From Bacteroidia bacterium (GTDB lineage Bacteria; Bacteroidota; Bacteroidia; 2-12-FULL-35-15), in contig DASWNK010000015.1 of the NCBI GenBank assembly GCA_036399275.1, positions 7,963-71,962 of the forward strand: 64,000 bases of DNA, given 5' to 3'. Below are positions 51,592-59,882 of this stretch, in pieces. The notes below the pieces were generated by a model. The model saw only the letters and a list, made by a program, of their open reading frames with translations, was not told where the DNA came from and did no database searches. Made by a program: the position numbers and the translations under genes. Numbering within the stretch: the stretch's first letter is position 1; the number at the start of each line of letters is the position of its first letter.

Positions 51592-52214
51592 CTGAAATCA
51601 AAGATAATAGGTGCCTTTTTAATGATAGTTGCCTTCTCTTTCTGTCTGGTAGCAGGAAATTTATCAGATAGCACAAATGCCTTCACGCCAAAGATATATA
51701 CAAATTTTATTTTAGGAACAGGTTATCTGGCTCTCAATACCTCTGGAGCTGGTATTAAGTACTGCGGATCTCTCCGCGGAAAAAAAATGCGCGTTTTGGG
51801 ATTGGCCCTTCTGTCTTTTTTGAAAGTATCCAGTTTACTAATAATGTAAAACTACCTTCCAATATTACGGAAGTCAAAATGACTCTTACCACTCCGGGCC
51901 TCAATATTCAGTATTATCTAAATAAATTTCTCTCCTGTCAGATCGGACTTTCAGCTCTGATAGGAACGGAAGAAAAACAAAGATATTTTATAGAAATACC
52001 AACCCTAACCCTTTTGGTCAGCCAGTTCTAGAACAGTTATCAAAAAATCGAATCAAGCTTTATTGCAGGAGCTCAGTTTGAACAAAATTTCTTGTTCATG
52101 AAGGAAGGAAGAACGGGTATTGTATTTGGTGTCGGCTTGTTTGAAAGAATACTCAACTCTGATTTTTATGAAACCGACTTTGGCGCAAAAGCATATTTAG
52201 GATTTCATTTTTAG
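51592..52214 (+). pseudogene. Frameshifted outer-membrane beta-barrel protein
   Basis: Signal-like (L)KSKIIGAFLMIVAFSFCLVAG; frameshift in the A-run near 51780; ARFGIGPSVFF...GLNIQYYLNKFLSCQIGLS; in-frame TAG near 52030; ...FGAKAYLGFHF stop (beta-signal ending in Phe). Confidence 0.7.
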
Positions 52215-52298
52215 GCTTTTAAATAAAAGATATTGTATTTGCTCGAATAATTAATCTCTGCTGGTAATCCCTGGCCTGCCATACCGCTTGAATACTAT

Positions 52299-52788
52299 TT
52301 AGCGATCGGGCCTTGTGGCATTTAAGTACGTCTTGGTTGTCAATAAATGTTCCTGAGTGGTGTAGAAATCAAGCTCGGTCGCAATTAACATGTGTACCAC
52401 GGCATTTCGAGTGTAAGAATGCAGAAAGCAAACAGTTTTCTTCTTATATGAAATGCCAGGATAATATCTTCTGCAACAATTTCCGTTTTATCAAGAAGCT
52501 TGGTGCCTTCATGATCTCTTATATTATTATTGATGAAATTATCAATGTTTTTTTCAATGAAAGGAGCGATATTATTTGCAGTAAGGCATTCTAAAATCTC
52601 CTTGTTGGTGCCCGGGTTAATTCTAATAACTGAGATTCAGGTATTTTAGAGAGTGGGCGCATCATAGGAAGATCCAATTCACGGCAAAAGCGGATCCCAA
52701 CCGTTCAAAGTTTATGATGCAGTAAAAATTTGGCAAAATCAGGCAGGTACTGGAATTTAAATTTTGAGCTATCGATGTTATGTTTCAT
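52299..52788 (-). pseudogene. Degraded small helical protein resembling Bacteroidota sensor-kinase N-terminal domains
   Basis: MKHNIDSSKFKFQYLPDFAKFLLHHKL*TVGIRFCRELDLPMMRP, frameshift, TNKEILECL...EIVAEDIILAFHIRRKLF, frameshift, LHSYTRNAVVHMLIATELDFYTTQEHLL. Confidence 0.6.
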
Positions 52789-52903
52789 AGAGCCTTTCCT
52801 AATGCGACATTTCAAATATAAAAAAAAGCGGCTAATTGCCACTTCATAGTCGATATGTTTTTTTGGACCAACCTCTTTTGTTGGTCTATGCAACTGCCTT
52901 TAA

Positions 52904-54343
52904 TTAAAGTCGAACGCCGATTACTAAAATATCGTCAACCTGTTCCTTGTCTGATTTCCAGTCTTCTACAAATTGCTCTAAATAGTCCTTTTGTTCAGAC
53001 ATTGATTTTTCCTGAATCTCGAGCAGGATTTGTTTGAATTTTTTGGTCATTAATTTTTTTCCACTCGGCCCGCCAAACTGATCGGCGTAGCCATCTGTAG
53101 AGATATAAAAGGTGTCGCCTTTCTGTAATTGAATTTCATGGCTTAGAAAGTGCTGGTCATCTTCTGTTAAACCACCGATAGCCTTTTTGGTACCTTTAAT
53201 TTCTTCCACCTCTGTTTGTCCTTTGCGGATAATCCACAGTGGTCGGTTGGCACCGGCAAATTTTACAATCCGGTTGATCGTGTCGACCGAGCAAATCGCG
53301 ATGTCCATTCCATCTCTTGTGGATTCAGGACTTTCTGATTGCTGCAGTGAACGTTTGATTCCTTTGTTTAAATAACTTAAAATGGTGGAGGTGTCTGAGC
53401 TTTGTGCAACAGCTTCATTTAACTGTTCAGAGCCGATCATGCTCATAAATGCACCGGGCACGCCGTGGCCGGTACAATCGGATGCTGCAATAAAAAGGGA
53501 TTGATGGTCCTTATGGAAAGAATAAAAATCACCACTTACGATATCTTTTGGCTTGAATAGAACAAAACAGTTTGATAAAGCAGAATATATCTCTTCTTTT
53601 TTAGGCAATTTTGCCGTTTGAATTCGCTTCGCATAATTGATGCTGTCGGTAATGTTCTTGTTTCTTTCTTCTATCAGCAGCTTGGATCGCTCTATTTCTG
53701 ATTTTTCAAGGTTGGTAATAATAAGTTCTTCCGCTAGTTTTTCTTTCTCCTTTTTCTGAAATGCAAGCTCATCGTTAGCAGCCATCAGCTCGATAAGTCT
53801 TTCTTTTTTCTCTTGGTTTTGAAGTTTTAACTCATCCGCCCGTTTTTCATTTTCCTCGTTTTGAAAAGCGATTCTTTTATCAGCAATTAACAGCTCAAGC
53901 GCTCGTCTTTCTTTCTCTTCGTTTGATGACGCAAGATCTTTGCCGGCAAAAATTTTAGCGATTGACTGAGTGATCTTCGAAAATTGATCCTGGCCTTTGA
54001 TGATATAATCGGCTATTCCGTATTGGTATGACTTTAACGCCACCTCAATATGATCGTTGTTTGTGAGCATGATTACGCTTGTTTGAAGATCCTTCTGCTT
54101 TATTTCGTTTAGGATCTCCAAGCCATTAGCAGCATCAGGAGATACGCTGTTGAGGTTGTAATCAAGAACAATTAGTTCCGGCATCAATTCATAGAAACGA
54201 CTCATACATTTTTCGCCGGTTTCAAACAAATGTATTTTCACCAGTCTGTTTTGAAAAGCGGTTTCTATGGTGCCTTTTAATGCAAGTGAAAAAACAGGAT
54301 TGTCATCTACAACAAAAACGGTTATCAGCTTTTCGGAATTCAT
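52904..54343 (-). CDS. Receiver + coiled-coil + PP2C(SpoIIE) phosphatase
   Basis: VFVVDDN...VLDYNL receiver; degenerate ELAFQxxEKEKxAEELII repeats; PKDIVSGDFY, DCTGHGVPGAFMS, TDGYADQFGG. Start set at MNSEKL (54343). Confidence 0.92.
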   Translation of the reverse strand: MNSEKLITVFVVDDNPVFSLALKGTIETAFQNRLVKIHLFETGEKCMSRFYELMPELIVLDYNLNSVSPDAANGLEILNEIKQKDLQTSVIMLTNNDHIEVALKSYQYGIADYIIKGQDQFSKITQSIAKIFAGKDLASSNEEKERRALELLIADKRIAFQNEENEKRADELKLQNQEKKERLIELMAANDELAFQKKEKEKLAEELIITNLEKSEIERSKLLIEERNKNITDSINYAKRIQTAKLPKKEEIYSALSNCFVLFKPKDIVSGDFYSFHKDHQSLFIAASDCTGHGVPGAFMSMIGSEQLNEAVAQSSDTSTILSYLNKGIKRSLQQSESPESTRDGMDIAICSVDTINRIVKFAGANRPLWIIRKGQTEVEEIKGTKKAIGGLTEDDQHFLSHEIQLQKGDTFYISTDGYADQFGGPSGKKLMTKKFKQILLEIQEKSMSEQKDYLEQFVEDWKSDKEQVDDILVIGVRL

Positions 54344-54449
54344 TCCTTTAAGCTTTGTACTGCTAGTAATCTGATATCTATTCGCATTGGGTACTGTAAG
54401 CTGTTTTTGTATTGAGTGTGGAGTAGAAGCGATATTCAACTTTGTTTTT

Positions 54450-54974
54450 TTATTTAAGGATGGTTGGTGCAAAAATCTGAATAGTGAATACAGCCGCAAC
54501 CAATACAACGATGCAGGCACCAAAAACGAGTGTTAATCTTTTATAGAAGCTGGCTTCACGCTTAGCTTCCATTGTTTTGAAGAGATTAAATAAAGCGTTG
54601 TTGATCTTCCGGAATTTGGTTTCCGTTTTTACAACATAGTCGGAAGCTCCGTGCTTGAAAGACTTGAGTGCAATTTCGATGCTGTCCTGTGCGGTTAGCA
54701 TAATAACAGCCGTTTTCTTTTCTTCCTTTTTGATCCAGTCCAAAACCTTGATGCCATCTACAGCATCCGGATGTTTGCTGTCCAGGTTATAATCAAGGAT
54801 TACAACTTGCGGCTTTATTTTTTTAAATTCCAGCATGCAGATCTCGCCGGTTTCAAAAGCATGAACCTTAATTTGTTTGTTTGGAAAGGCCGTTTCAATA
54901 TCGCCTTTTAATGCCAGGCGAAACACGGTGTTATCTTCTACGATGAAGATGTTGATTTGATTATCGTTGCTCAT
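54450..54974 (-). CDS. Response-regulator receiver with C-terminal transmembrane helix
   Basis: IFIVEDN, VILDYNLD, MLT, DYVVK; hydrophobic tail LTLVFGACIVVLVAAVFTIQIF. Confidence 0.88.
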   Translation of the reverse strand: MSNDNQINIFIVEDNTVFRLALKGDIETAFPNKQIKVHAFETGEICMLEFKKIKPQVVILDYNLDSKHPDAVDGIKVLDWIKKEEKKTAVIMLTAQDSIEIALKSFKHGASDYVVKTETKFRKINNALFNLFKTMEAKREASFYKRLTLVFGACIVVLVAAVFTIQIFAPTILK

Positions 54975-55025
54975 GATTAATGTTTTTGGTTTTTGTTTAT
55001 GTCTTGTTAGTTTATATTAATTTTT

Positions 55026-55481
55026 TTACTGCAGGCCGATCTCAAACTTCATCTGATCAGTTTGGTTTAAAAGCTCGTTAATACATTGCTCTACCTTTTT
55101 AAATGCATCGTCTCCTTTTTGTATATAGCTGTATTCATTTTTTGCAATGGCTTCGGTTATAAGCGCAATATCTTCCAAGGCACTTAGCACAATGATTTTT
55201 GTTTGCGGCTTCAGCTCTTTTATTCGCATTATAATTTCAAAACCATTTTGTGCTTCTGGGTACTTAGAATTCAGAAAATAGTCGACTATCACAATGGTTG
55301 GATTTCGTTCCATCTCCATTTCCATGAGGCAAACCTCTCCGATGCGGAAAACCTTCAGTTCGATATCCGGAAAGCGACTTTGCAGGAATGTTTGCAAAAG
55401 CTTGGAGTATACTTCATTGTCTTCTACAATAAAGACTGTTTTTTTTTCGAAACTCAGCTGTTCAAAATAGTTTGTTGACAT
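55026..55481 (-). CDS. Single-domain response regulator (receiver)
   Basis: VFIVEDN, IVDYFLN, NGFE, VLSA, YIQK. Confidence 0.88.
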   Translation of the reverse strand: MSTNYFEQLSFEKKTVFIVEDNEVYSKLLQTFLQSRFPDIELKVFRIGEVCLMEMEMERNPTIVIVDYFLNSKYPEAQNGFEIIMRIKELKPQTKIIVLSALEDIALITEAIAKNEYSYIQKGDDAFKKVEQCINELLNQTDQMKFEIGLQ

Positions 55482-55511
55482 GCTTGTTGATTTTAATTTT
55501 GGTTGGTTAGA

Positions 55512-55907
55512 TCATTCATAATCATGCTTTGCTTTTTCGATTTCTTCAATTGCCCGGGTGCACAAAGTATTAAGCGTTGTATTCAATGCTCTTATTTTCC
55601 CGATTTCTGATCCTTCTCCACCCAGAAATTCCATTTCAACCAATAAGGGTTCGCTGGCTGAAACGCCCATAATTGAAAGGGAAGATTTCATGGAATGTGC
55701 AAGATTTTTAATAATAACATAGTCTGATTTTGCTACGGCATTATTTATATTGAAAAGCTCTTCCGGAATCTGGACAAGGAAGGCATCCATAATGCCTTTA
55801 ATTAAGCTTTTCTTTGCGCCCATCATTTCAATGAGATATTTGAGCTCGCAAACTGTTTGTCCGGATGCGTCATCCGCAGTAGCGTTGTAGAGAATAGTTG
55901 TTTCCAT
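55512..55907 (-). CDS. Hpt (histidine phosphotransfer) domain protein
   Basis: LAHSMKSSLSIMG phospho-His motif. Start set at METTIL (55907). Confidence 0.9.
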   Translation of the reverse strand: METTILYNATADDASGQTVCELKYLIEMMGAKKSLIKGIMDAFLVQIPEELFNINNAVAKSDYVIIKNLAHSMKSSLSIMGVSASEPLLVEMEFLGGEGSEIGKIRALNTTLNTLCTRAIEEIEKAKHDYE

Positions 55908-55911
55908 GTGA

Positions 55912-58911
55912 TTATGATTTAATGGTAAGGTCATACATTTTTTCAAAAAGCAGATTTGCATTGATTGGTTTTGAGATGTAGTCGTTCATACCTAAACTAA
56001 GGCATCTTTCTTTTTCTCCGGCCATTGCATGCGCAGTCATTGCTATAATGGGAATATTATTTTTAAGTTCTTTTCTGATAATGGTAGCGGCTTCATATCC
56101 GTTCATAACGGGCATTTCCATGTCCATCAGAATAATATCGAAATTGTTTTCTTTTAATTTTTCTATTCCAACGCTTCCGTTTTCTGCTACCTGTAATTTC
56201 AAGTTGCCTTCGGAAAACAGACTCAGGATAAGCTTTACATTCAGCTGGTTGTCTTCCACCAAAAGAATATTTAACTTGCTAAGTTCTTCCATGTTGAATT
56301 TATGTCCGGAAATTTCTGCTGCTGGCGGCGCTTTCACTGATTTTTTGTACGGAATACAAAAGGAAAAGGTGGAGCCTACTTTGAATTCACTTTTTACCGT
56401 CAAGGTTCCTCCCTGGAGTTCTACCAGTTTTTTGGCAATGCTCAATCCTAGGCCGGTGCCGCCGTATTTTCTTGTTGTATGCGATTCCGCCTGACGGAAG
56501 CGCTCGAAGATGTGTTCAAGTTTATCGGAAGGGATACCGATTCCCGTATCAATAACAGAAAATTCCAGTAAGGTAGTCCCTTCTTCGTATTGTCCTTTAA
56601 CCGCTTCAATTACGTTAACATTTACTTCTACCTGGCCTTTTTGTGTGAATTTAATGGAGTTTCCTGCCAGGTTGATAATGATTTGTGTAAGACGCGTAGG
56701 GTCGCCCAGCAAACTGTCGGGGATATTATCAGCGCAGTTGAATACCAGTTCGAGGTCTTTCTCTTTGGCTTTTCCCATTAGCATTACGTTTAGCGACTTG
56801 AAAATTTCTTTCACACTAAATGTATGCTCCTCAAATGTCATCATGCCTGCTTCAATTTTCGAGATGTCAAGAATATCATTGATAATTGTTAGCAGGTTTT
56901 CACCAGCTGTTTTGATGGTGCGCACATATTCTTTTTCCTGTTCAAGCAGTTTTCCTTTCGACAGAATATCTGAAAATCCGATGATTGCATTCATAGGCGT
57001 TCTGATCTCATGACTCATGTTAGCGAGAAAAGCTTCTTTTAATTTGTTGGATTCTTCGGCCTTTTCCGTTGCTCTTTCTGCATTGCTTTTTGCTTCGATT
57101 AACTCGTTCTCAAATCTTTTCTGATCAGTAATATCTCTGGCAACAACAACTACGCCGAGCACATTTCCTCTGTCGTCTTTATAAACTGATCCGTTGAATA
57201 ATACATCCGTTAGCTTGCCGCCTTTATGCCGCAATGTAAGCGGGGAGTCGGCAACAGAGCCTTTCGCAAATACTTCCTGATAAACTTCACGTGCTTTTTG
57301 TGGCTCAGTGAAATAGTGGAAGAAATCGGTGCCTGTGAGCTCTTCCCTCGTCATGCCCGTGATATTCGCAGTGGCTTCATTCATATCGGTGATTTTCCCT
57401 TCGATGCTGATGGTTACCAGCGGGTCAAGACTTGCTTCAATAAGACTCAGAGAGTATTGAGATAGCAGCTTTTGGGCAGTAACATCTCGCGCGACAATCA
57501 CTACACCTAATACATTTCCTTTGTCGTCCTTATAAACGGATCCATTAAAAAGAACATCCGTTAATTTACCCTTGGTATGTCTTAGCGTAAGTGGGGAATC
57601 GGCCACAGATCCTTTTGCGAATACTTCCTGATATACTTCACGAGCTTTTTGCGGCTCGGTAAAATAATTGAAGAAATCTGATCCGGTCAGTTTTTCGCGT
57701 TCTAGTCCGGTAATATTTACAGTGGCTTCATTCATGTCCATGATTTTGCCCTCAGTGCTGATGGTTACCAAGGGATCACGGCTTGCTTCGATAAGACTGA
57801 GGGAATATTTGGAAGCCAGTTTCACTGAATAGCTAAATGCCTCCAGCTCTTTATTGGCAATTTCGCGTTTTTCTTTTTCTTTATTTTGAAAGTCAAGTTC
57901 AATATCAGCAATGACCAATTCTGCAGCACGCTTCTCTTTCTCTCCTGTTTGGAACACCAGCTCTTTGTTTGCAATAAACAATTCGGCTGCTCTTTTTTCT
58001 TTTTCTTCGTTTTGGAAGGCCAGCTCTTTATTAGCGATGATTAGTTCAGCCGCTCTTTTTTCTTTTTCATCATTTTGAAAAGCGAGCTCTTTATTGGCAA
58101 TGATTAACTCTGCAGCACGCTTTTCTTTTTCATCGTTCTGAAATACCAGCTCTTTGTTTGCAATGTTTAATTCGGCGGCTCTTTTTTCCTTTTCATCATT
58201 TTGGAAAGCCAGCTCTTTATTAGCGATGATTAACTCAGCCGCTCTTTTTTCTTTTTCATCGTTTTGAAATACCAATTCTTTATTGGCAATGATCAGCTCT
58301 GCTGCTCTCTTTTCTTTTTCTTCTGCTCTTTTTTCCTTTTCGCCGTTTTGAAAAGCCAGCTCTTTGTTGGCAATGATGAGCTCAGCTGCTCTTTTTTCCT
58401 TTTCTTCATTTTGGAAGGCAAGTTCCTCATTCGCGATGATTAGCTCTTCCGCTCTTTTTTCCTTTTCATCATTTTGGAATACAAGCTCTTCATTGGCAAT
58501 GAAAAGCTCTGCTGCTCTTTTTTCTTTTTCACCGTTCTGAAATACCAGCTCTTTATTAGCGATAATTAATTCCGCAGCTCTTTTCTCTTTTTCATCGTTT
58601 TGAAACACGAGTTCTTTATTGGCGATGATCAGCTCTTCCGCTCTTTTTTCCTTTTCTCCGTCCTGGAAAGCCAGCTCTTTGTTAGCGATAATAAGCTCTT
58701 CTGCACGTTTTTCTTTCTCTTCATCCTGGAAAGCCAGTTCTTTATTAGCAATAAGTAATTCGGCGGCTCTTTTTCCTTTTTCTTCGTTTTGGAAAGCCAG
58801 CTCTTTATTGGCTACAAGTAATTCTTCGGCCTGGTTTTCCTTTTCGCGTTCCTGGAAAGCAAAATCAATGCTTGCAATAATTGCGTCCTCGTTCTTTTTT
58901 CTTTTAGCCAT
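55912..58911 (-). CDS. Soluble hybrid histidine kinase: 21-aa repeat coiled coil + 2 PAS + HisKA + HATPase + receiver
   Basis: Repeats ANKELAFQNEEKEKRAAELII; two PAS/PAC (DPLVTI...VARD); FLANMSHEIRTPMN; GDPTRL, DTGIGI, GGTGLGL; ILLVEDN...LMDMEMP...KP. No TM segment. Confidence 0.95.
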   Translation of the reverse strand: MAKRKKNEDAIIASIDFAFQEREKENQAEELLVANKELAFQNEEKGKRAAELLIANKELAFQDEEKEKRAEELIIANKELAFQDGEKEKRAEELIIANKELVFQNDEKEKRAAELIIANKELVFQNGEKEKRAAELFIANEELVFQNDEKEKRAEELIIANEELAFQNEEKEKRAAELIIANKELAFQNGEKEKRAEEKEKRAAELIIANKELVFQNDEKEKRAAELIIANKELAFQNDEKEKRAAELNIANKELVFQNDEKEKRAAELIIANKELAFQNDEKEKRAAELIIANKELAFQNEEKEKRAAELFIANKELVFQTGEKEKRAAELVIADIELDFQNKEKEKREIANKELEAFSYSVKLASKYSLSLIEASRDPLVTISTEGKIMDMNEATVNITGLEREKLTGSDFFNYFTEPQKAREVYQEVFAKGSVADSPLTLRHTKGKLTDVLFNGSVYKDDKGNVLGVVIVARDVTAQKLLSQYSLSLIEASLDPLVTISIEGKITDMNEATANITGMTREELTGTDFFHYFTEPQKAREVYQEVFAKGSVADSPLTLRHKGGKLTDVLFNGSVYKDDRGNVLGVVVVARDITDQKRFENELIEAKSNAERATEKAEESNKLKEAFLANMSHEIRTPMNAIIGFSDILSKGKLLEQEKEYVRTIKTAGENLLTIINDILDISKIEAGMMTFEEHTFSVKEIFKSLNVMLMGKAKEKDLELVFNCADNIPDSLLGDPTRLTQIIINLAGNSIKFTQKGQVEVNVNVIEAVKGQYEEGTTLLEFSVIDTGIGIPSDKLEHIFERFRQAESHTTRKYGGTGLGLSIAKKLVELQGGTLTVKSEFKVGSTFSFCIPYKKSVKAPPAAEISGHKFNMEELSKLNILLVEDNQLNVKLILSLFSEGNLKLQVAENGSVGIEKLKENNFDIILMDMEMPVMNGYEAATIIRKELKNNIPIIAMTAHAMAGEKERCLSLGMNDYISKPINANLLFEKMYDLTIKS
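57859..58875 (-). repeat. Coding 63-bp/21-aa tandem repeat array
   Basis: 14 full units (one with an internal 7-aa duplication, EKEKRAE) plus a degenerate first and last unit; copies differ mainly at synonymous sites. Confidence 0.95.
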
Positions 58912-59183
58912 GTTCTTTACAGACAGCGTCTGTGTGTTTGTGTGTGTGAGTATTCTGCCGGACGATTAGTCAGTCCTAAAATCTTAATGTTTTATCCGGA
59001 ACAAAGGTCAGCGACTTCCCCACTAAATGGCTTATACAATTGTAGAAATAAGTTGCAGGATTCCCACCTTTGGAAGCCGGGGGCGGCTGTATTGACTGCT
59101 ACAGGCCTTCATTTTGTTGAATGGCTTGAATCGAATCCATTCACTGGTATAAATTTTTCATTTTCTTTTCTAAAGCATAGAGC

Positions 59184-59882
59184 ATGAATTCAAAAAGAAG
59201 AAGCATCCACTCCATTCTAAGTAATTTTTTTCTTAAAAAGCATACACTTCGCCCTTCCACATTACAGATGCTGAAAGAAGTTTATCCAACAGTAAATTGG
59301 CGCCGGGTGGATTTTTATGAAGGCCTGCCTTGGTACACTCCTTTCATTGCTCCTTATGTGAATGCTCAAGCTTTGCCGCAGTTTTATTCGTTCAGCCGTT
59401 ACCGGATTTACCTCACAAAATTTGATGAATCACGCGCACAATGCTTATCGGATATTGTGCATGAAGGCTTTCATGTAATGCAGGCGATGGAGTTTGCCAA
59501 AGGCTATGGCCTCGGAATTTTAAGGGGGTTCACTGTTTATTATAGCGCGCTCTATATTAAGTATGGGTACCGCAATAACCCGTTTGAAATTCCTGCTTAT
59601 GATCAGGAATTCCGCTTTCTGGATTTTTGTGAAAAGCATCATCAACACGGAATCCAGCCTGCTGTGGATCCGGCGATCTTTAAAAATATTTCTCAGGAAA
59701 CACCCTTGGTTTTTAGGCATTTTGAATTCAGCTACAGGGAACGCTTTGTCCTGCTGGTATTGGGTTTTATATTTTGTTTGTTGTTATTGCCTCTAAAGCC
59801 ATTGCTGGATGCATTGATCTTTTTAGTCAGGCTTGTGTTCTTTAAAAGGCGAAGGTTGGCAGGAGAAGTGCGCAGGCTTTAG
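59184..59882 (+). CDS. HExxH metallopeptidase-like protein (DUF4157/eCIS-core-like) with C-terminal TM
   Basis: IVHEGFHVMQ, GYRNNPFEIPAY; hydrophobic C-terminus. Confidence 0.72.
   Translation: MNSKRRSIHSILSNFFLKKHTLRPSTLQMLKEVYPTVNWRRVDFYEGLPWYTPFIAPYVNAQALPQFYSFSRYRIYLTKFDESRAQCLSDIVHEGFHVMQAMEFAKGYGLGILRGFTVYYSALYIKYGYRNNPFEIPAYDQEFRFLDFCEKHHQHGIQPAVDPAIFKNISQETPLVFRHFEFSYRERFVLLVLGFIFCLLLLPLKPLLDALIFLVRLVFFKRRRLAGEVRRL

Noticed and set aside
52020-52710. Stop-codon readthrough or recoding (TAG ~52030, TGA ~52705)
   Set aside because: Both genes also carry frameshifts, and TAG/TGA terminate normal genes elsewhere in the window.
2421-55961. Extended ORF-track starts (methyltransferase, ybeY, pgk, PBP1A, scoB, ABC ATPase, 47099, 50258, 54523, 55961)
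   Set aside because: The extensions overlap promoters, parS or neighbouring genes; downstream ATGs match the family N-termini.
57859-58875. 63-bp repeats as a CRISPR array or DGR/VNTR
   Set aside because: Contiguous coding repeats with synonymous divergence; no spacers, reverse transcriptase or adenine-specific variation.
51290-58911. Integrative island at tRNA-Cys
   Set aside because: No integrase and no duplicate of the tRNA 3' end found in the window; only local decay is evident.
58920-58950. CA-rich leader and small hairpin upstream of the hybrid kinase
   Set aside because: Too short to assign a regulatory role.
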